A model generated the notes under the pieces. That model did no database searches and had not been told where the DNA came from. It saw nothing but the letters and a program-made list of their open reading frames with translations. From Heteronotia binoei (Eukaryota), in the NCBI RefSeq assembly GCF_032191835.1, contig NC_083240.1, positions 18,848,001 to 18,912,000 of the forward strand: 64,000 bases of DNA, read 5' to 3'. Below, in pieces: positions 57,307-64,000 of the stretch (position 1 is its first letter; each line of letters opens with the position of its first letter). The translations under genes and the position numbers were made by a program.

Positions 57307-59168
57307 TGCCTCTGGTGACTGGGGCCTGGAAGATATTTAAAATGTGACTGAAAAAAACTTGCTCCCATGTCTTGGCTGCTGGTATTTCAAGGAAGTCTCC
57401 CATCCAAGTACTAACCACAGTCCAACCTGCTTAGTTTCCAAGATCTGATGCAATCACGCTTGCCTGGGCTGTCCTGGTTAGGATACCCTTCTGATAGCAG
57501 TGATAATTTAAAGGGAAAAAATCTGTCAATTCAGAACCACAAGTGTTGAGTTTCACTTCAGCATCTGCCTGTGTGGCCCTTATACCCAAAAGTTTCCACA
57601 TACCCCAAAGGGATACATAAAGCCCTACACTTCCGGCTGCAAACCGAAAACAGTCATAGTAAAGGGAATAGGATGTTGTTCCCTCCACCTCTCTTCCCTA
57701 TTATTTTTAGTTAGGTCCCATTCTTTCGGCATGAAAATGTAAGGAAACCCACCTTCTCTCATCCTCTTTAGCATTACTCTCTCCCAACTACCCTCCCTTT
57801 AACCCACCACTAAACATCAGTTGGCATTAAAACAACTCCACAAAAAACGATTCCACATGAGCTCCTCCTGATGGTTGCAATGCCACACTGGATCGCTACA
57901 TCAAATGCTTCCACTTGTAGAGCCCAAACTGATGTGATCAACAAACATACCACACATAGCAAAATCTCAACCATGCTGATAGGTTGAGATGGCTACCCAC
58001 CCCCAACACTGATATTATAATCCAGACTGATAACTTCTGTTTCAATCTATCTGAAGCATTGTGCCCGCACACGAAAGCTTATGCCTTGACTAAAACTGTT
58101 GGTCTTAAAGGTGCCACTGAATTTGAATTCTGGTCTTTCCCAACCTGTCCATGGGAAAGGACCACAGCTCAGTGGTAGTGCATGTGCTTGGCATGCAGAG
58201 GTCCTGGGGTTCAATCTTCAGCATCTCCCGTTAAAAGGATCAGGTCATGGATGATATGAAAAACCTCCACCTAAGACCCTGGAAAGCCACTGCCAGTCCA
58301 ATTAGACAGTACTGACTCTTATGGACCAATGGTCTGGTTCAGTATAGGGCAGCTTCATGTGCTTTTCTTTGTCAAGAGAAGGAACCTCTAATCATACAGC
58401 AATTCCAGGAAGGAAGTCTTTTGTTACAGAACAAGCAAAAGTCTTGTGGCTTCTTAAAAGCCTTTGTGGAAACCTGTTTGTCTTTCACTGGGTCACACTT
58501 TAAGTGGTGTTTGCAAAGCACTTATCTCTTCTGTTGTTTTAACAGCTATGATAAACAAACAATACAAGGGGACAAAGTGGCTTCTGGGAGTTTGCAGAAT
58601 GCTTATGTTTTTAAAGACATACCAAACAACCATGGAATTACAACAGCCCCTGCAGTTTTGCCTTTAGATTATAAATATTTTAGGGTGGGAGCCTTCCTTT
58701 TCCCCTCCTGCTGCTCAAATGCCAGGTACACTGAAAACATTCTTCAAATACCTTTTAAATCTCACTTTGAAACCAGAATAAAATGATTATATGAATCCAT
58801 TCAACATTTAAGAGGATGGAAGAGGAGCTTTTTCGGGTAGGACTTTGCCCCACTGAAGTCAAGATGAATTTGTGAGGTTTAGAGGCTACAGTGGGATCCT
58901 TAACCTTTATTTGCAGGCATGAACGGATGCTGGATGAAAAGGGAAAGAAAGCTTGGACTCCAGCTAAAAGACCTGGTTCAGAAACAGTGCAGACGTTTTA
59001 AATAATATATTCTTTAAAAATCCAGTACAAAATCAGTGTCATAACTACAACTGTACAAGTCCAATTTAAAAAGTATTCCAAAGAATCTTGAGTTTATACA
59101 ACGGCTGTGGAAAGTTGCTTCCTGGGATCCCTTCTACAATTCTTCATCTTCCTTCCGTCGTCTTAGAC

Positions 59169-59493
59169 CAGAGCTGTTAAATTCATTTGTTATGAGGTCC
59201 CAATCTGACATAAATGTCACATTGTTGGGCCAGGCGCTGTGTGCCATAAAATGTAGGCAAACCCAATTAACAATGTTATTTCTTACTCAAAATACAAACA
59301 TGCTTAAAACATTAACACTTTTACAGTATTTCCTTCCCACTTCCACTGTCCATTACCCATTAGCACTGGGAGAGTATACAAGTACATAATGCACAGCCTC
59401 TGTTGTCTGGCAGTAAAGGTAAACAGTTCATGGGATAGATAAGAGCCCTGGATGGGCCGGTTCTGGTCTGCAGGTTGTAAGTTTGACACCCTG
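59169..59493. mobile_element. Internally deleted, older copy of the 10203-10833 hAT family
   Basis: Shares TCATTTGTTATG..ACATAAATG..TTGTTGGGCC and AAACATGCTTAAAACATTA; right TIR GTTTGACACCCTG. Confidence 0.75.
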
Positions 59494-59496
59494 GCC

Positions 59497-59790
59497 TTAG
59501 CCGTTATCAGAGCAAGAGGGCTGCTCCTGTTCCTCCTTGTGGCAGTCTGTGGTATCGCCAGGAGAGGCTACATTTAGGTAACCAATCTCCAAAGGTTGGG
59601 AAGGCAAAGGTGAGAGTGGAGAGCTCTCTGCTGCGTCCTCAGGTCTGACACCCTGAATGGCTTTCAGGAGGCTGAACGAGTCCAACAGGCCCACTGGAGA
59701 GAAGCTGGAAAAGAAATCAGTCCCATGATTGCCGAGCAGGTCTACTGAATCAACTGCATCATTTCTACCTACCCATTTTCGAGGTGGTGG
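59497..59790 (-). CDS. CCDC30: CCDC30 last coding exon (5' boundary uncertain)
   Basis: TAA at 59499-59497; ctgttcag|CCA is the most plausible phase-0 acceptor downstream of the in-frame TGA near 59863. Confidence 0.7.
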   Translation of the reverse strand, partial: PPPRKWVGRNDAVDSVDLLGNHGTDFFSSFSPVGLLDSFSLLKAIQGVRPEDAAESSPLSPLPSQPLEIGYLNVASPGDTTDCHKEEQEQPSCSDNG

Positions 59791-62700
59791 CTGAACAGGA
59801 GTTGCTTGCTCGAGGCTACTGATGGAGTTCATGGCAGAGGCGAGATTCAAACCAAGGACTTCTCACCTTGTTTTCTCAGGTTTTCACCGGAGGGGGTGAA
59901 CTTGAGAATGAGACTTTATTCCTCACTTGTTGTGGGGATGGGCAAACAAAACAGGGGAAAGGAAAAGCCAGCAGGCATTCTGCAACTCACGCACACAGAG
60001 TACAGGTACCATACCTTATGCTGGGGAGGGGCAGAACTTTGCTTTGCAGCTGACATTCAGGGAAGCCGACAGTCTTCAGTTCCTGGGAAAAAGTTTAGCA
60101 TAAACAGAGCAAGAAATTAAATCACGTTTTTAACTGTTAAATTTTGGCTTTCTTGGGCTGTCAAAAAAAAAAATCAGGAACAACAAAGATGGAAACACTA
60201 TCAGTGAGAGGGGAGACACAAAAGGGCAAAATGAAGGCTGCACACATGCATTTCTTCTTTGGCCAGAAATTAAAGACACATAGCCTGTGATCACAAATGC
60301 TAAATAATGCAGTTTCAACCCACTTTCAATGCACTTTCCAACTGGATTTTACTGTGCAAACTGACAAAACCCAGTTTGAAAGCGGATTTAAAGTGGGTTG
60401 AAACTGCATTACTCAGCATGTGTGATTGCAGCCATCGTGGCACAAAATCAGACCAATTCCCAGCTTCATTCACCATCATGCTGCCTAAACAAAGGACTCC
60501 TGGTGCCTCTGCAAAATGACATCATTGGGGGGAAACCATGGCTTTTTTAAGCATGCTCCTTCTCTCTTCAACATTTTAGCATAATTGCACTCAAAACCTT
60601 ACTTTTATTTTGAGCAGAAGCTTTTAAATTTGTGTGTGTGCTTTCTCTCCAAGAATCAGTGAATAGTGGGGCGTGCAGTTGTTGCGCAAACAAAATGGCA
60701 CTTTTGCTCAAAGCCACACTGCATCATGGCTTTGTTGGTAATAAATACATTTATCATGCACACTGCATTCCAGAATACAGGACTGGGTGCTATTATCTGA
60801 GCTTTTGGTACAAAAAGGTTTAAGTATCACAAGTATCCATAATTCCAGATGGGGAGCTATGTGAATATGGGACAGCAAAACAAGAGACCAGGCTACTTGC
60901 CTGAGGCACAGTTCATTTTGTAAGGTACAAGTACACTTCGCACATCTGCTGAGGCGAGTTCTAACTCATGAAACCTTATGCCGGAATATTACCCACAGCG
61001 TATTGATGAAACTCTCTGTCTAGCGCAGTGATGCTCTGTATTCTTAGTGCTTGGGGGGGAAACAGTGGGAGGGCTTCTAGTGTCCTGGTCCCACTGATGG
61101 ACCTCCTGACAGCACCTGGGTTCTTTTGGTCACTGTGTGAAACAGAGTGTTGGACCGGATGGGCCATTAGACTGATCTAACATGGCTTCTCTTATGTTCT
61201 TATAATAAATTCTGGCAGTTCCTTAAAGGTGCCTCTGATCTCCTATTACAGGATGACACTTATAATGCTCACAGATGATGGGACAAGCACTTCAGAACAT
61301 GATGGGACAAGCACTTCAGAATTAATATGTTATGTTGTTCATGGAAGTATGGTAGATTCTGGTTAAGTTGTATTATTTTCAGAAGAGGGTTTTATGAATT
61401 ACCAGGACAGCAACCCCTAAACTGAATTCTGGGTTTAGTGTATATTTCACTGGCCAATTTAAACTTAAGCAAAAAAGCATCAGGGAAAAGGTGGGTGAGA
61501 TCAGATTTCAGGAAGCTGGTGAGAAAATAACAGGAAGAAAAGCACTGGAAAACAAAGGAGAAGTGGCAGGCTGGTTGAAGGTGGGCTGCAAGACACCAAG
61601 GAGGAAAGGAGGTCTGGGATCAGTCCTTACCCCTAGTGGCGTGAGAGGAGGCATGCCAGTGGATGGTGGGAGTGGGGTCCCGCCACAGACAGGACTTGAG
61701 CCGGTTGTTCTTACTTCTAAGCTGTGGTTGTGAATATTTCGCACGGCACGCTCCAAGGTGCCCACGTGACTTCTCAGCTGCAGGGTGTGTTCTTGGAGCT
61801 TCTTGTTTTCTTCGTCCAAGAATCGTACTCTGAAAATAACCGCGGAAAGAACCTGTCAATATCACATCTTCCCAACAACAAACTGCAGGTGCTGTTCAAA
61901 TAATTTGCTTTGGTCTCACTTGACAGGAAAAAGAAGGAATAGACACAGAATAACCAATCCTTCTGCTGGAACTGCAAAAGCTGTTCTATACCAGAGAAAC
62001 ATTTGGCAAACAGGTACACTGAACCAAATGCCTGATGTTACTGGAGGCTTCTATTGCTGACTGCTTGTTTTAAGGACTGCTGTTTGGACGATAGATAGTC
62101 ATTGTGTCGTTGCTGGTTAGTTCTTTTCTTGACAGTTTTAGGCCTTTGGGCTTAGAGTGCTCTTTCTGCAGAAAAGCAGGGCAGAAATCCTTCAAATAAT
62201 AACCACTGTTACTATTCCTTCACAATTCTCTACCACCTGTTGCGTGCTAGGTATTGTACATAAAGCAAAATATTCAAATGGTCTCCTCTGGATATCATAC
62301 TGGAAATAAGGAAGGACAGACTGAAAAACATGTTGTAAATATGAAACATAGGGACTCTGAGTTACCCTCCAGCATTCTCCAATTTTGCTCTCATTTGGAC
62401 CCCAGAAAGCTAAATGGTACGGCTGAATTTAGAATACTATGTACAGTTCTAGTTGACACACGGTAAAGCTAGAAAGGGGGAAGGAAAGAGCAAGCAAAAT
62501 GGCCAAGAGATCTGAGCACTTCCACTACTAGGAAAAGTTTCTGACCTTGGAGAAAAGATGGCTAAAGGGGAAACAGATTTAAGAAATTACACATGCAGTA
62601 CAGAAAGTGGAGAGAAAAATTTGCCTCACTCTTTCTCCCATAAAACTAGAATTCATGGGTGCCCAAAGAATTTGATGGCCAGTAGACTCAGGACAAACAA

Positions 62701-63516
62701 CAGCAAATCCTTCTTCTTCCAAGAAGAATTTACTATCACAGGATGTTTGAGGGGGGGGGGGGGAAGGAAGGGAGAGAAATGTACTTATCTAGTTTCTTGT
62801 ATGGACATGCATTGTTATGTTATGTAATCTTACCTAGAATAGAAACAAAAGAACTTAGTCTTAATTTAGATAATAGATAAGACTGTATTAATCTACAGAT
62901 TATCTATCTGTACTGTTTTATTCATTTATATCTGTTATTTGTATTTAAATGCATTATTATAATCATTTTAAAAAATTAAAAAAAAGTTAAGTTGACTTTA
63001 AAAGGGGATCAGGAAAATGCAGGAGATGTCTATTAAGGGCTACCAGCCACAATGACTAAATGGAACCCCCAAGCTCAGAAATGGTAACACTCTAAATAAC
63101 TGGTCTGGGAAGGAACAGGGAGGCTTTGGCCTTTTGGCAGCACCTGCTTGGCTACTGTGCAGAATATGATGCTGGAGCAGATGGACCATTGGTCTGATCT
63201 AGCAGGGCTGCTCTTGTAATCTTTGACAATGCCTCTTTGAGTAGCCAGTGTGATTTGTGTTAAAACAAATGAATAAAATGTGTTCAGGTTTGTTTGCAGT
63301 ACCCCCCTCTTTCCTCTAATTCACATGATTAAACTGCATGTTTTCATCGGCTTTAATATGATTTTTAAAGGGCGGTTACCTGTTTTGGGTTGTGGAAATG
63401 ACCAGCCTGTTGCACCGCTCGACTTCTTCTTGCTCGTGGAGTTGTTGCAAGAGCTCCCTTTTCTCTTGTAGCAAGGTCTCGTTCTCTGCGGTCACCTGTC
63501 TGATCAGCTGCTGGTC
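59497..63516 (-). CDS. CCDC30: Coiled-coil domain-containing protein 30, C-terminal 3 coding exons (gene extends beyond window)
   Basis: complement(join(59497..59790,61715..61829,63380..63516)); phases consistent; VRFLDEENKKLQEHTLQL..LERAVRNIH and SSPLSP..EIGYLNVAS resemble the recalled CCDC30 C-terminus; synteny upstream of PPIH. Confidence 0.85.
61715..61829 (-). CDS. CCDC30: CCDC30 penultimate exon
   Basis: attttcag| acceptor, GAA|GTAAGA donor; 115 nt. Confidence 0.88.
63380..63516 (-). CDS. CCDC30: CCDC30 internal exon (DQQLIRQVTAENETLLQEKRELLQQL...)
   Basis: aacacag| acceptor, AG|GTAACC donor; 137 nt; coiled-coil composition. Confidence 0.85.
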
Positions 63517-63794
63517 CTGTGTTCAGGAGAAGCCAAGGCAGAAAACCTGGGTTGTTGTCCCAAAGGTCTTCTAGGCATTCTGCGCACACCCCTCCTTCTA
63601 CAGTTGCCCTTAAAGTCTCCTAAGTGTTTAACCCCAAAAGGCATGAAGAAAAACAGAACAGATCCAGTGAAACACCTGCACAGTTAGGTATTACACAAAC
63701 AGCTCTTTTTTGAGAGGCATCAATCTACAAATTAACTATAATTAGTTCTATTTATATTGTAATCTATCCTCCAATTATTCTTTATTCAAACATG

Positions 63795-64000
63795 GAGAGC
63801 CAGTTTGGTGTAGTGGTTAAGTGTGCGGACTCTTATTTGGGAGAACCGGATTTGATTCCCCACTCCTCCACTTGCAGCTGCTGGAATGGCCTTGGGTCAG
63901 CCATAGCTCTGGCAGAGCTATCCTTGAAAGGGTAGCTGCTGTGAGAGCCCTCTCAGCCCCACCCACCTCACAGGGGGGTCTGTTGTGGGGGGAGAAGATA
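63795..64000 (+). mobile_element. Long Squam3-type SINE, cut by window end
   Basis: GAGAGCCAGTTTGGTGTAGTGGTTAAG head. Confidence 0.9.

Noticed and set aside
60901-60960. 60-nt CCDC30 cassette exon with GC donor (CAG|GCAAGT)
   Set aside because: Acceptor lacks a polypyrimidine tract and the exon carries an in-frame TGA; not needed to close the reading frame.
61275-61321. Perfect two-copy repeat ATGATGGGACAAGCACTTCAGAA (24-bp period)
   Set aside because: Simple intronic slippage duplication; only two units and no spacer.
3298-63516. U12-type introns
   Set aside because: No GTATCC/ATATCC donors among the mapped introns.
1-64000. Prokaryotic systems (operons, CRISPR arrays, defence islands)
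   Set aside because: Spliced vertebrate genes and squamate SINEs throughout; no regularly spaced repeat-spacer array or SD-led ORF clusters.

Overview
Vertebrate (squamate, most likely gecko) genomic DNA; not prokaryotic, so the ORF track is mostly noise. Five spliced or single-exon genes lie head-to-tail on the minus strand. From right to left: the 3' end of CCDC30 (last 3 coding exons seen), PPIH (9 coding exons, 177 aa), YBX1 (7 coding exons, 344 aa), RNF186 (single coding exon, 296 aa) and OTUD3 (8 exons, 390 aa). All exon chains close in frame with GT-AG boundaries. CpG-island promoters sit at OTUD3, YBX1 and PPIH. The rest is TE-rich: Squam3-type, Sauria, tRNA/CR1-tail and 5S-derived SINEs, several hAT-type MITE families with 8-bp TSDs, and BovB, CR1, L2 and Penelope-like fragments. 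Most notable: an approximately 1-kb foldback-plus-SINE unit bounded by a perfect 14-bp direct repeat, a three-level transposon nest, a YBX1-RNF186-OTUD3 gene order unlike human, a remodelled YBX1 3'UTR control element, and an N-terminally extended RNF186. Comparisons with human genes and repeat family names are from memory and were not database-checked. No clearly new biological system is demonstrated.
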